Shown in pieces: positions 20,754 to 32,357 of a stretch of DNA of 64,000 bases. Within the stretch, counting starts at the first letter, position 1. Every line of letters begins with the position of its first letter. The position numbers were made by a program, and so were the translations under genes. The DNA comes from Gallionella sp. (lineage in GTDB: Bacteria > Pseudomonadota > Gammaproteobacteria > Burkholderiales > Gallionellaceae), in NCBI GenBank assembly GCA_003153155.1, contig PLWV01000019.1, forward strand, positions 1,137-65,136, given 5' to 3'. The notes beneath the pieces are model-generated. The model had not been told where the DNA came from. It did not search any database and saw only the letters and a list, made by a program, of their open reading frames with translations.

Positions 20754-22073
20754 ATGGAACAAGAAAAGACAAAACACATCGTGCTCGGCATCACCGGCGG
20801 TATCGCGGCCTACAAGGCGGCTGAATTGTTGCGTCTGTTGATCAAGCAGGGCATGGAGGTGCAGGTCGTCATGACCGAGGCGGCTTGCCATTTCATCACG
20901 CCGACCACGATGCAGGGTCTGTCCGGCAAGCCGGTGTTCACCGACCAATGGGATGCGAGTGTGCCGAACAGTATGGCGCACATCCATCTGAGCCGTGCTG
21001 CGAATGCGATTGTGATCGTGCCCGCGAGTGCCGATTTTATTGCCAAACTGGCGAACGGACTGGCGGATGACTTGCTGTCCACCCTGTGTCTGGCGCGCAA
21101 TTGCCCGTTGATCATCGCGCCGGCGATGAATCGCGAGATGTGGCTGAATGCGGCGACGCAGCGCAACGTCGCGCAACTGATTGCCGATGGCGTGCAGGTG
21201 CTTGGCCCGGATAGCGGTGTGCAAGCCTGCGGGGAAGAAGGCATGGGACGGATGCTGGAAGCGGCTCAATTGGCGCGGGACATTGCGGCCTTCCTGAATA
21301 ACGCGCCCCTCTCCCCTACCCCTGAAGGAACTACTAGCCATTCGACTAGGCTGCCAAAAGACAGCAGCCAAGTCGCTGGTTATCTCCCCGCAAGCGGGGC
21401 GAGGGAGTCAGCTCAGCAGCCCGCCAAAAGAATGAAGGGAGTGAAAATTCTTATCACCGCCGGGCCTACCTACGAGGCGATAGACACGGTGCGCGGCATC
21501 ACCAATCGAAGCTCCGGCAAGATGGGCTATGCAATCGCGCAAGCCGCGCTGGAGCTGGGTGCGAAAGTGGTGCTGGTATCCGGGCCGACCGCGCTTGCCA
21601 AGCCGCAAGGCGTGCAATGCGTGGACGTGCAGAGTGCCGAGCAGATGTTCGAGGCTGTAAAGCAGCACGTTGGCAATTGCGATATTTTTATCGGCGTGGC
21701 AGCGGTGGCCGATTACCGTGTCGCGCAACCCAGCACACATAAAATCAAGAAGAGCGCGAACAATCTCACCTTGGAACTCGTCCCCAACCCTGACATTCTG
21801 GCGTATGTCGCTAACCTGACCAACCCGCCGTTCTGCGTGGGTTTTGCAGCCGAAAGCGAGAATCTCGCGGAATATGCCGAGCAAAAACGCCGTGCGAAAA
21901 AACTGCCCTTGCTGGTGGGCAATCTGGTGCAGCAGGCCGTCGGCAGCGACGACAACGAACTGGTGTTATTCGATGACAGCGGCAGGCAAACCCTGCCACG
22001 CGCCGATAAACTCACGCTGGCAAGGCTATTGATGCAGCGCATAGCACAACGTAACAAGGGGGTAATGAAATGA
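20754..22073 (+). CDS. coaBC: Bifunctional PPC decarboxylase/synthetase with repeat-derived linker insertion
   Basis: [60 protein letters not shown]. Confidence 0.96.
   Translation: MEQEKTKHIVLGITGGIAAYKAAELLRLLIKQGMEVQVVMTEAACHFITPTTMQGLSGKPVFTDQWDASVPNSMAHIHLSRAANAIVIVPASADFIAKLANGLADDLLSTLCLARNCPLIIAPAMNREMWLNAATQRNVAQLIADGVQVLGPDSGVQACGEEGMGRMLEAAQLARDIAAFLNNAPLSPTPEGTTSHSTRLPKDSSQVAGYLPASGARESAQQPAKRMKGVKILITAGPTYEAIDTVRGITNRSSGKMGYAIAQAALELGAKVVLVSGPTALAKPQGVQCVDVQSAEQMFEAVKQHVGNCDIFIGVAAVADYRVAQPSTHKIKKSANNLTLELVPNPDILAYVANLTNPPFCVGFAAESENLAEYAEQKRRAKKLPLLVGNLVQQAVGSDDNELVLFDDSGRQTLPRADKLTLARLLMQRIAQRNKGVMK
21323..21382 (+). mobile_element. 60-bp leader+hairpin element, copy a (in frame in coaBC)
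   Basis: TGAAGGAACTAC-TAGCCATTCGACTAGGCTGC-CAAAAGACA-GCAGCCAAGTCGCTGGTTA, splitting a family-1 REP at CCCC^TCTCC. Confidence 0.85.
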
Positions 22074-22525
22074 AACACATTGCCGTGGATATCAAAATTC
22101 TCGACCAGCGCTTGCATGAAAACATGCCCGGTTATGCAACTGCAGGTTCAGCAGGGATCGATTTGCGCGCGTGCATCGAACACAACATGGTGATTCAACC
22201 CAAGCAGTGCGAACTCATCCCCAGCGGCATTGCCATTCATTTGGGCAACCCGGGCTATGCCGCGATGATTTTGCCGCGCTCCGGCTTGGGGCATAAGCAC
22301 GGTATCGTACTCGGCAACCTGGTCGGCCTGATTGACTCGGATTATCAAGGGCAGATTTTCGTTTCGCTGTGGAACCGCAGCCAGATACCCTTCACACTGA
22401 TGCCGATGGAGCGCATGGCGCAACTGGTGATCGTGCCAATAATGCAAGCCAGGTTTAACATCGTGGAGGAATTTCCGTTAAGCGAACGCGGTAGCGGTGG
22501 ATTCGGCAGCACTGGTAAGCATTGA
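22070..22525 (+). CDS. dut: dUTP diphosphatase
   Basis: [41 protein letters not shown]. Confidence 0.97.
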   Translation: MKHIAVDIKILDQRLHENMPGYATAGSAGIDLRACIEHNMVIQPKQCELIPSGIAIHLGNPGYAAMILPRSGLGHKHGIVLGNLVGLIDSDYQGQIFVSLWNRSQIPFTLMPMERMAQLVIVPIMQARFNIVEEFPLSERGSGGFGSTGKH

Positions 22526-22550
22526 CGGGGCCTCTAAAATTCAGAGTTCG

Positions 22551-22638
22551 CCCAAATGCAAGGCGCGGAAAAAATTTCGCAGCGCCGCATATGCGTTATA
22601 TGTAAGCAAGGAATTTTTTCCGCAACGCAGCAGTTGGG
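22551..22638. repeat. ~88-bp imperfect palindromic element between dut and the CBS gene
   Basis: CCCAAATGC/GCAGTTGGG ends and GCGGAAAAAATT/AATTTTTTCCGC inner arms. Confidence 0.55.
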
Positions 22639-22653
22639 ATGAAATCTGGATTT

Positions 22654-23265
22654 TTAGCCGCGCGCGATCACTGCCTCGATTTCGGCAAAAGTGTGCGCTA
22701 ATTCGAAACTCTGAACCTGGGCACCCAACTGACGGGCGATTTGGGTAATAGAGAACAAACCGCACACTGCCTGCTTGCCATCCGCACCTTCAGCGACCAC
22801 CAGCACATGCTGCCTGCGGGATTTCTTCAGGCTGGCGACGATTTGCCCGACTTGGGCATTTTGCACATCCTCGATTTTCAGCACTTCCAATTCGCGTTGT
22901 GTAGTCATGACGTCACGCACCATGATGTCGGCATGAGTTCCGCCCATGTTTTGCAGGAAGTGCATCGGTTTTTCTCCCAACACATCGCTTGCCGTCAACA
23001 ACCCCGCCGCTTGATCGTTGTCATCCAGCACCAACAGCGTACGCACGCCATAACGGATCATCTTGGCATTGGCCTTATCCATCGAAGTCTTGGCACGCAC
23101 ACTCACCACCGAAACCTTGTTCAAATCTGTCATTACGCTCGTCGCCGGATCGCTCAGCTTGACCCGCTCCGGAAGTTTCTGGACCGGACGCACAAAAGAA
23201 GAACCCGCTTTCAACAGGGAAGATCGCAGTGCACTGTATTCTTTAATCAAAACTTTTCTCCTCAA
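22654..23265 (-). CDS. CBS-domain protein
   Basis: SDPATSVMTDL...M.RYGVR.LLVLD...GLLTASDVLGEKP...VRDVMT. Confidence 0.85.
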   Translation of the reverse strand: MRRKVLIKEYSALRSSLLKAGSSFVRPVQKLPERVKLSDPATSVMTDLNKVSVVSVRAKTSMDKANAKMIRYGVRTLLVLDDNDQAAGLLTASDVLGEKPMHFLQNMGGTHADIMVRDVMTTQRELEVLKIEDVQNAQVGQIVASLKKSRRQHVLVVAEGADGKQAVCGLFSITQIARQLGAQVQSFELAHTFAEIEAVIARG

Positions 23266-23279
23266 TAAATGATTGGTAA

Positions 23280-23792
23280 TTACCTATGCGCGTGTTGCAG
23301 ATAGGCCGGATTATTCTTGGGTGCCGGAAGGTAGCCGGCCAGCTCATTAAGTGCCATCGTGTAAACCTCACGCTTGAATTCGATCACGGCGGTGATGTCC
23401 AGCCAGTAATTATTCCAACGCCACGCATCAAACTCCGGATGCGAACTGGCACGCAGGCAGACATCACAATCACGACCAATCAGGCGCAACAAGAACCAGA
23501 TCTGCTTTTGTCCGCGATAACCACCGCGCGATTCACGCTTGCTCCAGCTCTGCGGAACCTCATAACGCATCCAGTCCCGGGTGCGTCCGAGTATTTTTAC
23601 ATGTTCCGGCATCAAGCCAACTTCTTCGTGCAACTCGCGATACATCGCTTGTTCCGGGGTCTCGCCATGCTGAATGCCGCCCTGCGGAAACTGCCATGCA
23701 TGCTGCCGCACCCGCTTGCCCCAAAGCACCAGATTCCTGTCATTCGTGATAATAATGCCGACATTCGGGCGGTAGCCGTCTCGGTCTATCAT
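23280..23792 (-). CDS. rppH: RNA pyrophosphohydrolase
   Basis: [45 protein letters not shown]. Confidence 0.96.
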   Translation of the reverse strand: MIDRDGYRPNVGIIITNDRNLVLWGKRVRQHAWQFPQGGIQHGETPEQAMYRELHEEVGLMPEHVKILGRTRDWMRYEVPQSWSKRESRGGYRGQKQIWFLLRLIGRDCDVCLRASSHPEFDAWRWNNYWLDITAVIEFKREVYTMALNELAGYLPAPKNNPAYLQHAHR

Positions 23793-23880
23793 TTGTCACT
23801 CTATTCGGTTAATTTCAATAGTCGGATTCTTTCACATTTCCACTTCAATGAAAAGAGAAACAACCCCCTCACCTCAATCC

Positions 23881-23939
23881 TGATGGAACTACTAGCCATT
23901 CGACTAGGCTGCAAAGAACCGCAGCCTAGTCGCTGGTTA
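23881..23939 (+). mobile_element. Leader+hairpin element, copy b (59 bp, intergenic rppH/proS)
   Basis: TGATGGAACTAC-TAGCCATT-CGACTAGGCTGC-AAAGAACC-GCAGCCTAGTCG-CTGGTTA inside a family-1 REP (ATCC^TCTCCC). Confidence 0.85.
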
Positions 23940-24084
23940 TCTCCCATAGGGAGAGGAGGCGATTGTCCCTTCCCCCTCTGAAGGGGGAGAGCGAAGCGAG
24001 GGGGCTTTAGGATGAGGGAAGACGAACCCCGAGCATTCCCTGTAAAATCGAAAACTCACAATCATAATCAGGTCGCACTCAGCC

Positions 24085-25851
24085 ATGCGCGTCTCACAAT
24101 TTTTCATCTCCACCCTGAAAGAGGCTCCCTCCGAAGCCGAACTGGTCAGCCATCGACTGATGCTGCGCGCGGGCTATATCAGGAAACTTGCCAGCGGCTT
24201 GTATACCTGGATGCCGCTCGGTTTGCGCGTGTTGCGCAAGGTGGAAAATATCGTGCGCGAAGAAATGGATCGTAGCGGCGGGATCGAACTGCTGATGCCC
24301 GCCATACAACCCGCCGAGCTGTGGCAGGAAACCGGACGCTGGGAAGTATTCGGGCCGCAGATGCTGAAAATAAAAGACCGACACGACAATCAATTCTGCT
24401 TCGGCCCCACCCATGAAGAAGTGATCACCGACATCGCGCGCCGCGAAATCCGCAGCTACCGCCAACTGCCGGTCAACTTCTACCAGATTCAAACCAAGTT
24501 TCGCGACGAGGTACGCCCGCGTTTCGGCGTGATGCGCGCGCGCGAATTCCTGATGAAGGATGCTTATTCCTTCCATGCCGATTATGCGAGTCTGGAGCAA
24601 ACCTACCAGGTCATGTATGACACATACAGCCGTATATTCACCCGCCTCGACCTCAGGTTTCGCGCCGTCGCGGCGGATACCGGCGCGATCGGCGGCAGCG
24701 GCTCGCACGAGTTTCATGTGCTGGCGGATTCGGGTGAGGATGCGTTGGCCTACTGCCCCACTTCAGACTATGCCGCCAATGTGGAACTGGCGAAAGCCGT
24801 TGCACCGAGTGCGCCGCGCGCAGCTGCCACGCAGCCCATGGAAAAGGTTGCCACCCCCGGTCAAAAGAGCATCGCAGAGGTTGCTGCTTTCTTTAATACT
24901 TCTGCTCAGAGCGTGCTCAAAACCATCGCCGTTATAGATGCGTATGGCCAGTTCGCCCTATTGCTGTTGTGCGGCGACCATCAATTGAACGAAGTCAAGG
25001 CAAGCAAGGTGTTAGGCGGCGAGTTTCGTTTCGCCACCGAAGAAGAGATTCAACGCCACATCGGATGTCGTCCCGGATACATTGGGCCCATTAAGGCACA
25101 AAAGAAAAACCAAGAAATCGATTCGCCTTCGACAATTAAAACTGTACTCTCAGAGATGGCTAGAATTCATATCATCGTGGACCGTTCTGCCGCGACTATG
25201 AGTAATTTTATCTGTGGTGCTGATGAAGACGGTTTTCACTACGCCGGGGCCAACTTCGAGCGGGACATTATTCTGGACGAGGCCAATGTACACGACATCC
25301 GCAACGTGGTCGGCGGCGACCAGTCACCGGATGGCAAAGGCATGCTGGAAATCTGTCGCGGTATCGAAGTCGGCCATATTTTCCAGTTGCGCACCAAATA
25401 TGCCGAAGCCATGAAAGCCACTTTTCTGGACGCGCAAGGTAAAGCACAAAGCATCGAAATGGGCTGCTATGGCATCGGCGTGTCGCGCATCGTTGCCGCC
25501 GCCATCGAGCAGAATTTTGATGAGCGCGGCATCATGCTGCCGACTGCGATGGCTCCGTTCCAAATCGCCATCGTACCGATCGGCATGGGCAAGAGCGAAG
25601 CGGTACGCGAGGCAGTCGAACAACTTTATGCCCAGTTGCAAACCGCCGGTATCGAAGTGTTGCTGGATGACCGCGACGAGCGTCCCGGCGTGATGTTTGC
25701 CGATATGGAGTTGATCGGCATTCCGCACCGCATCGTCATCGGTGAGCGCGGCTTGAAGGACGGCATGTTGGAGTATCAAGGACGACGCGATGCTGCCGCA
25801 CAAGCCATCCCCTTGCAAAACGCGCTGGGGCTCGTACAATCAAAGCTATGA
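24085..25851 (+). CDS. proS: Proline-tRNA ligase
   Basis: [61 protein letters not shown]. Confidence 0.97.
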   Translation: MRVSQFFISTLKEAPSEAELVSHRLMLRAGYIRKLASGLYTWMPLGLRVLRKVENIVREEMDRSGGIELLMPAIQPAELWQETGRWEVFGPQMLKIKDRHDNQFCFGPTHEEVITDIARREIRSYRQLPVNFYQIQTKFRDEVRPRFGVMRAREFLMKDAYSFHADYASLEQTYQVMYDTYSRIFTRLDLRFRAVAADTGAIGGSGSHEFHVLADSGEDALAYCPTSDYAANVELAKAVAPSAPRAAATQPMEKVATPGQKSIAEVAAFFNTSAQSVLKTIAVIDAYGQFALLLLCGDHQLNEVKASKVLGGEFRFATEEEIQRHIGCRPGYIGPIKAQKKNQEIDSPSTIKTVLSEMARIHIIVDRSAATMSNFICGADEDGFHYAGANFERDIILDEANVHDIRNVVGGDQSPDGKGMLEICRGIEVGHIFQLRTKYAEAMKATFLDAQGKAQSIEMGCYGIGVSRIVAAAIEQNFDERGIMLPTAMAPFQIAIVPIGMGKSEAVREAVEQLYAQLQTAGIEVLLDDRDERPGVMFADMELIGIPHRIVIGERGLKDGMLEYQGRRDAAAQAIPLQNALGLVQSKL

Positions 25852-26549
25852 AACCAGATAAATCAGGATTAAGGATTCAGGATTCAGGAGCGAGGAAACC
25901 CCGCTGCCCTGTTTTTGACTTGATCCTGAATCCCGAATCCTTGATCCTTGCCGCAGGCTTGTTGTTCGCCTGCGCCGCACAGGCTGGCGGACAAATCTAC
26001 ACGCCGCTTTCCGCCAGTGTGCGCGCGGTGTTGCAGCGCAGCGTGTCCGATCAGGCTTCGCCCAAACTCGCCTTCGCCACGCAGTATGAAGCGGATTTTT
26101 GGCTGAATGAAATGTCGCGTCGTTTGCAAAAAAACTTGCCGGATGCGGCATACCGCGCGGATTTTCTAAAGTCCGTGCATTACGAAGCCACCCGAGCCGG
26201 TCTTGATCCGCAGCTAGTATTGGGCCTGATCGAAGTGGAAAGTGGTTTCAAAAAGTACGCCGTATCCAAGGTGGGCGCGCGCGGCTATATGCAGGTGATG
26301 CCGTTCTGGGTGAATGAAATCGGCACGAAGGAACACGACTTGTTCCATCTGCGCATCAACCTGCGCTACGGTTGCACCATCCTGCGCCATTATCTGGATA
26401 TCGAAAAAGGCAATTTATATCGCGCCCTGGGGCGTTACAACGGCACTTTGGGCAAGCCGGGATATCCAAATCTGGTGCGCGCCGCTTGGCGCAACCACTG
26501 GGCCATGCCGCGCCGCACTGTCAGCAACTACTACTCGTCGGCCAGTTGA
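25848..26549 (+). CDS. Lytic transglycosylase (SLT domain); true start uncertain because of 5' repeats
   Basis: [36 protein letters not shown]. Confidence 0.88.
   Translation: MKPDKSGLRIQDSGARKPRCPVFDLILNPESLILAAGLLFACAAQAGGQIYTPLSASVRAVLQRSVSDQASPKLAFATQYEADFWLNEMSRRLQKNLPDAAYRADFLKSVHYEATRAGLDPQLVLGLIEVESGFKKYAVSKVGARGYMQVMPFWVNEIGTKEHDLFHLRINLRYGCTILRHYLDIEKGNLYRALGRYNGTLGKPGYPNLVRAAWRNHWAMPRRTVSNYYSSAS
25864..25948. repeat. Inverted pair of heptamer tandem repeats (CAGGATT / AATCCTG) in the SLT gene 5' end
   Basis: caggatt-aaggatt-caggatt-caggag, then gatcctg-aatcccg-aatcctt-gatcct. Confidence 0.75.
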
Positions 26550-26567
26550 TCTATTTGGCTATTTGAT

Positions 26568-27071
26568 CTATTTCTTTTTGATATAAGCCTCGACGCTTGC
26601 GCGCGTCACTTCACCCGCCTGATAGCTCACCTGCTCACCCTTGGGGTTATACAAATAGCTGACCGGCAGAACCTCTACCGCGCCTATCTGGGCAGTGATC
26701 TTGCGATTACCCATCACCACCGGATAACTGATGCCATGTGCCTGGGCAAAGTCGGCGACTTTTCCGCTCGAGCCTGAATCCATCGCAACACCGATCACCG
26801 ACAAATCCTTATCCTGATGCGCGTTATGCAAGCTGATCAGTTCGGGTATTTCGTTCAAGCACGGCGGACACCAGGTTGCCCAAAAATTCACCAGCACCCA
26901 CTTGCCACGATAATCCGACAAGCGGTGCGTTTTGCCCTGCATATCCTCCAGCGAAAAATCCGCGGCATAGCCGGCCCATGAGCAAGCTAGCAAAAGTGCG
27001 AACAGCAAGCCTGTCCTGATGAAACTACTGATAGGACTACTGATGAAACCACTGGTGAAACGACTAGCCAT
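26568..27071 (-). CDS. TlpA-family thiol:disulfide oxidoreductase (start uncertain, 5' end invaded by repeats)
   Basis: LVNFWATWCPPC..EIPEL; hydrophobic signal RTGLLFALLLACSWAGYA; the frame stays open through the upstream repeat array. Confidence 0.85.
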   Translation of the reverse strand: MASRFTSGFISSPISSFIRTGLLFALLLACSWAGYAADFSLEDMQGKTHRLSDYRGKWVLVNFWATWCPPCLNEIPELISLHNAHQDKDLSVIGVAMDSGSSGKVADFAQAHGISYPVVMGNRKITAQIGAVEVLPVSYLYNPKGEQVSYQAGEVTRASVEAYIKKK

Positions 27072-27160
27072 CCCACTAAGCAACCAGAAGACGGTTGCCA
27101 AGTGGTTGGTTATAGCCATTCGACTAAGCTGGCAAACAACGCCAGCTAAGTCGCTGGTTA
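27017..27160 (+). mobile_element. Array c of the 60-bp element family: 4 leaders + 2 hairpins (144 bp)
   Basis: TGATGAAACTAC-TGATAGGACTAC-TGATGAAACCAC-TGGTGAAACGAC, then two TAGCCA...TGGTTA hairpins, splitting GTCC^TGAGC (host family 2). Confidence 0.85.
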
Positions 27161-27295
27161 TGAGCTTCGTCGAAGGACCTGTTCTGACCCTTCGACTAGG
27201 CTTAGGACTAAAGGCCTTGTCGAAGCCCGTCCTGAGCTCTCCTGATGCTTCGAAAGGCTCAGCACAGGGTACGCAGAGCGTATCGAAGGACGAAA
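27161..27295. repeat. Cluster of GTCCTGAGC..TCGAAGG-type repeats (host family 2)
   Basis: gagcttcgtcgaagg, cccttcgactaggcttagg, ttgtcgaagcccgtcctgagc, gtatcgaaggacgaaagg. Related remnants near 30655 and 45131. Confidence 0.65.
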
Positions 27296-27297
27296 GG

Positions 27298-27876
27298 TTA
27301 ATGACCGTGTTGTTCGGATGCATCAGGGCTATCTTCCTTTTTTTCATGGTACGGTTCAGCAGCATGGCTGAAATACAGTGCCAGCGCGATCAAGGCAATA
27401 CTCGCGCCCAGATAAACCAGATCCAGCGGCATAGTCAGCTTCATGTTGAGCGCCTCCTCAAACAAGGTAACGATCAGAATCATCAAGATCACTTTGGCCA
27501 AACGAGACTTGAGATCATCCAGGCTACCGATCACCAAAATCTTGCTGGATGCCTTGCTGCCATGCGCCTGGTCAATGTCACTAATGAACAACTCATACAG
27601 ACCCAACGAAAAAATCAGCATCACAGTGGCCAGCAAATAACCATCCACCACTTCCACAATATGCGAGACGGTGCTGTCATGCAATGCCTTGCGCGCTTCG
27701 TCAGTCAGGCTGGAGTCGGCATAATGCAAGGCATGCAGGAACAAATTCACCACATCCACAGTAGCCATGTAAAAAATCGCAAAGCCGGCCAGCAGGCTGC
27801 CAATCACCGCAGCGATAATCACAAAGCGGCTATTCCACAACGCGCTCTCAAAAATAGTTTCTAAAAGTTTCATCAT
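27298..27876 (-). CDS. YqhA-family membrane protein
   Basis: FE..LWNSRF, IVEVVDGYLLATVMLIFSLGLYELFISDID, LDDLK.RLAKVILMILIV. Confidence 0.88.
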   Translation of the reverse strand: MMKLLETIFESALWNSRFVIIAAVIGSLLAGFAIFYMATVDVVNLFLHALHYADSSLTDEARKALHDSTVSHIVEVVDGYLLATVMLIFSLGLYELFISDIDQAHGSKASSKILVIGSLDDLKSRLAKVILMILIVTLFEEALNMKLTMPLDLVYLGASIALIALALYFSHAAEPYHEKKEDSPDASEQHGH

Positions 27877-27942
27877 TTCTCCCAAGTTGCAGCATCACAA
27901 TCGCCGCGCATTAAAACGCAATTAATCACATCGGGCAAGCAT

Positions 27943-29785
<1,843 letters not shown>

Positions 29786-29832
29786 CGGGCATGGCAATGC
29801 CACTCCTGATAATGAAACCCACCATGCCCGTT

Positions 29833-29872
29833 TCCCCCACCCTGACCCTCCCCCGCTTTGCGAGAGAGGGGA
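29833..29872. repeat. REP-like palindrome (host family 1), empty copy
   Basis: cccccaccctgaccctcccccgctttgcgagagaggggac. Confidence 0.6.
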
Positions 29873-29909
29873 CGAACGATCGCTACGCGAATTTCACTTT
29901 AAGGTTCCT

Positions 29910-30608
29910 ATGAACAACGCCCACGAAGCTCGCCGGATGTTACGCGCCCATCGCTACGGCGCGCTGGGCACCTTGTCGAAAAAATTCGATGGTTACCCGT
30001 TCGGCTCGATTACGCCTTACCTGGTGGATCACGATGGCAGCCTGCTCATCCTTATCAGCACCCTCGCCGAACACACCAAAAACATCCGGCACGACCCGCG
30101 CGTCAGCCTGATCACCCATGACCAGCGCGACCCGCATATCCAGACCCAAGGTCGTGTGACAGTAGTTGGCAACGCCCGGCTGGAGCCGAATCGAGAACAG
30201 TCCGGACTGCGCTATCTGCGCTATTTCCCGGAAGCGCAGGCTTACTTCGCCATGCACGATTTTTCTTTCTACCGCATCCGCCCCGTTGCCATCCGCTACA
30301 TCGGCGGCTTCGGGAAAATTCACTGGGTTAACATGGAAAATTATGCGGTGCAGCCCTACCCTTTGATCGAACAAGAATCCGACGTGATCGCGCACATGAA
30401 CACAGATCATCAAGACGCTTTGCAAAACTACTGCCAGCACTTCCATCAATGCGCAGCGCTGGATATAGCAATGCTGGGCATAGACCTTGACGGTTTCGAT
30501 GTGCGCGCCGATGGCAAAGTGTTGCGGTTTGATTTTGCGCAAGCAGTGTTTGATGCTCAACAGGCGCGGACAGCACTGGTTGAAATGGCGCGTGCCGCCA
30601 AACAATAG
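29910..30608 (+). CDS. HugZ/pyridoxamine-5'-phosphate-oxidase-like protein
   Basis: GYPFGS, ISTLAEHTKNI..DPRVSL, RYIGGFGKIHW, VIAHMNTDH, GID.DGFD. Confidence 0.88.
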   Translation: MNNAHEARRMLRAHRYGALGTLSKKFDGYPFGSITPYLVDHDGSLLILISTLAEHTKNIRHDPRVSLITHDQRDPHIQTQGRVTVVGNARLEPNREQSGLRYLRYFPEAQAYFAMHDFSFYRIRPVAIRYIGGFGKIHWVNMENYAVQPYPLIEQESDVIAHMNTDHQDALQNYCQHFHQCAALDIAMLGIDLDGFDVRADGKVLRFDFAQAVFDAQQARTALVEMARAAKQ

Positions 30609-30790
30609 CGTAGTGCGCACAAACAAAGTGCAAGACTGCACACCCATAGTCCTTGGTCAAGCTCAGGAGCGAGTTGCTGAGCTTATTATCAGAGCTTGTC
30701 TTGCGAAAAAACCGGGAAATGACCAGAGTTGAAAAAGTGCTGAACATGTACCGTTCGCCCTGTTGCTACCGGACGAACGGTGTATATAAC

Positions 30791-30910
30791 TGGTGGAACT
30801 ACTAGCCATCTGACTGATGAAACCCCTAGCCATTCCACTAGGTTGTCAAAGAACGACAACCAAGTGGCTGGTTATAGGCTGTCCAAAAACGACAGCCAAG
30901 TCATTGGTTA
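30791..30910 (+). mobile_element. Array d: one 60-bp element nested inside another (120 bp)
   Basis: Leader1-TAGCCATCTGAC-[leader2-TAGCCATTCCAC...AGTGGCTGGTTA]-TAGGCTGTC...AGTCATTGGTTA. Outer TGAC/GTCA and inner CCAC/GTGG arms match only under nesting. Confidence 0.85.
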
Positions 30911-30934
30911 TAGCTTTGAAGGACTGGCGACTGG

Positions 30935-31651
30935 TTAGAAACGGAAACCCAGTTTGGCACTGTAGGATGGTGCTGAACCGGTCTTGTCATATTCCAGGGC
31001 AAAATTCACAAGTCCAAAGTTGAGATTGCCACCCGCAAAAATTTTATTTTGCCGGAAAGTTTCTTTCACTAAAGATGCCGCATTCGGTGTGCTGTCAACC
31101 CAGACAGAGCCTAGCCCAGCATATGGGGTAAATATCGCAAAACCTTTGGAAATAGAAACATCCAGACTTTTGGTACTGAATGCCAGTTGACTCACTCCGC
31201 TCAATTTAGTCAACGCACCGCGAATGCCGACTGCGGGTAAAGCCACACCCCCTTCAAGTATGGCATAGCGTAATTCCCCGCCATAAAGCTTGATATTGGT
31301 ACTTGGTACGGCGGAGTAAAAAGCGCCAATATCGAAGTTAAGAGGCAGGCCTTTAAAGACATGCAACTTCGGCACAATCATGGAATTCAAAGCGCTGCCG
31401 CCATTTGTGGCTTTAGACCATAGTGCCGAGTTTTGCATTTTAGTCGAAGTCACTTCCAGACCCAGTTCAAAACCTGTCACGCCCAGTGGAGCTGGCGGGG
31501 TGACCGGTTTATAGCTTAATGCCGAACCTAAATCTTCGGAGAACAACTTGAATTCAGGCTGAGCCAAACTGCCCAAGGTACTGATGTTGGCCGCCAACAC
31601 AGGTTGTGCAAAACAGCCCAGGACGCATAGCAATGATAAGTTTTTCTTCAT
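30935..31651 (-). CDS. Hypothetical exported protein, probable outer-membrane beta-barrel
   Basis: Signal MKKNLSLLCVLGCFAQPVLA, alternating beta-strands, C-terminal LGFRF. Confidence 0.75.
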   Translation of the reverse strand: MKKNLSLLCVLGCFAQPVLAANISTLGSLAQPEFKLFSEDLGSALSYKPVTPPAPLGVTGFELGLEVTSTKMQNSALWSKATNGGSALNSMIVPKLHVFKGLPLNFDIGAFYSAVPSTNIKLYGGELRYAILEGGVALPAVGIRGALTKLSGVSQLAFSTKSLDVSISKGFAIFTPYAGLGSVWVDSTPNAASLVKETFRQNKIFAGGNLNFGLVNFALEYDKTGSAPSYSAKLGFRF

Positions 31652-31773
31652 GATGTGAGCCTTTCTTGTAGTTGGTGGTAATTTACACTGCACCGGCGTC
31701 AGCATAGCGCACTTATCGTTTCCGTGTCCACCGGGCTCCGCGCGCGCACAGTAGCCCGTTCAGAAAAAATGAA

Positions 31774-31802
31774 AAAGGGTTGGCAATTTACGCCAACCCT
31801 TT
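31774..31802 (-). terminator. Rho-independent terminator (minus strand)
   Basis: AAAGGGTTGGC-loop-GCCAACCCTTT, with A-runs on + that read as a U-tract on -. Confidence 0.75.
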
Positions 31803-31960
31803 GAAATGCTGGTTCACCAACCGGACAAGGCCAAGATTAGTCAAGCATTGCTATATGTCGAATCAGACATTGCGTGGTTAACCCAAGATTGTCGAGATAC
31901 TTGGTGTACTGGCATAGAACACGGTGCGCCCTTTAAGTAACCGGGCTTGCACCAAATTAA

Positions 31961-32050
31961 TTATTTTTTCCTGGTCCATTGCGCATCATCCAAGTAGATG
32001 ATGAGTCCGGTAACGAGAAACAGGCCAATCATAAGAATCACATGTAACAT
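31961..32050 (-). CDS. 29-aa hydrophobic small protein
   Basis: MLHVILMIGLFLVTGLIIYLDDAQWTRKK; GGAGAG RBS; TTACCA-17-TATAAT promoter at 32234-32206; downstream terminator. Confidence 0.55.
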   Translation of the reverse strand: MLHVILMIGLFLVTGLIIYLDDAQWTRKK

Positions 32051-32357
32051 TTTAACTCTCCCTGATAATTAAGAAGAAACTTGGGACCGGTCTTACGCCG
32101 CCCCCACGGTTCGAGAAGGGAAATCCGTTAACGATGCAAGCCAACCGTTACGGATTCACACACCAAGAAACCACGAAGACGACATAACTCTGGACACCCG
32201 AGCTCATTATAGACCTTGATTAAAATAATGGTAATTTTTTAACTGCCTGCCTGAAAACAAAAAATTTCCTGGTGGGTGCACAGCCGACCCGCCATTTGAA
32301 AAAACGGCGCACGCACGAATGTGCACCGCTTATTTTGCAAACCGGACAGGTGTAAAT

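Noticed and set aside
21323-21382. Integron attC (59-base element)
   Set aside because: Size and the TAAC end are suggestive, but the partner end is GCTA rather than GTTR, there are no cassette ORFs or integrase, and copies sit inside genes and REPs.
27017-27160. CRISPR or TIGR-like array (12/36-bp periodicity)
   Set aside because: The variable parts are self-complementary stems rather than unique spacers; arrays are tiny, dispersed and nested; no cas or Nop-domain gene is present.
31800-31980. Additional short ORFs downstream of the 29-aa peptide
   Set aside because: The 24-33-aa frames lack an RBS or recognisable features; treated as 3' UTR.
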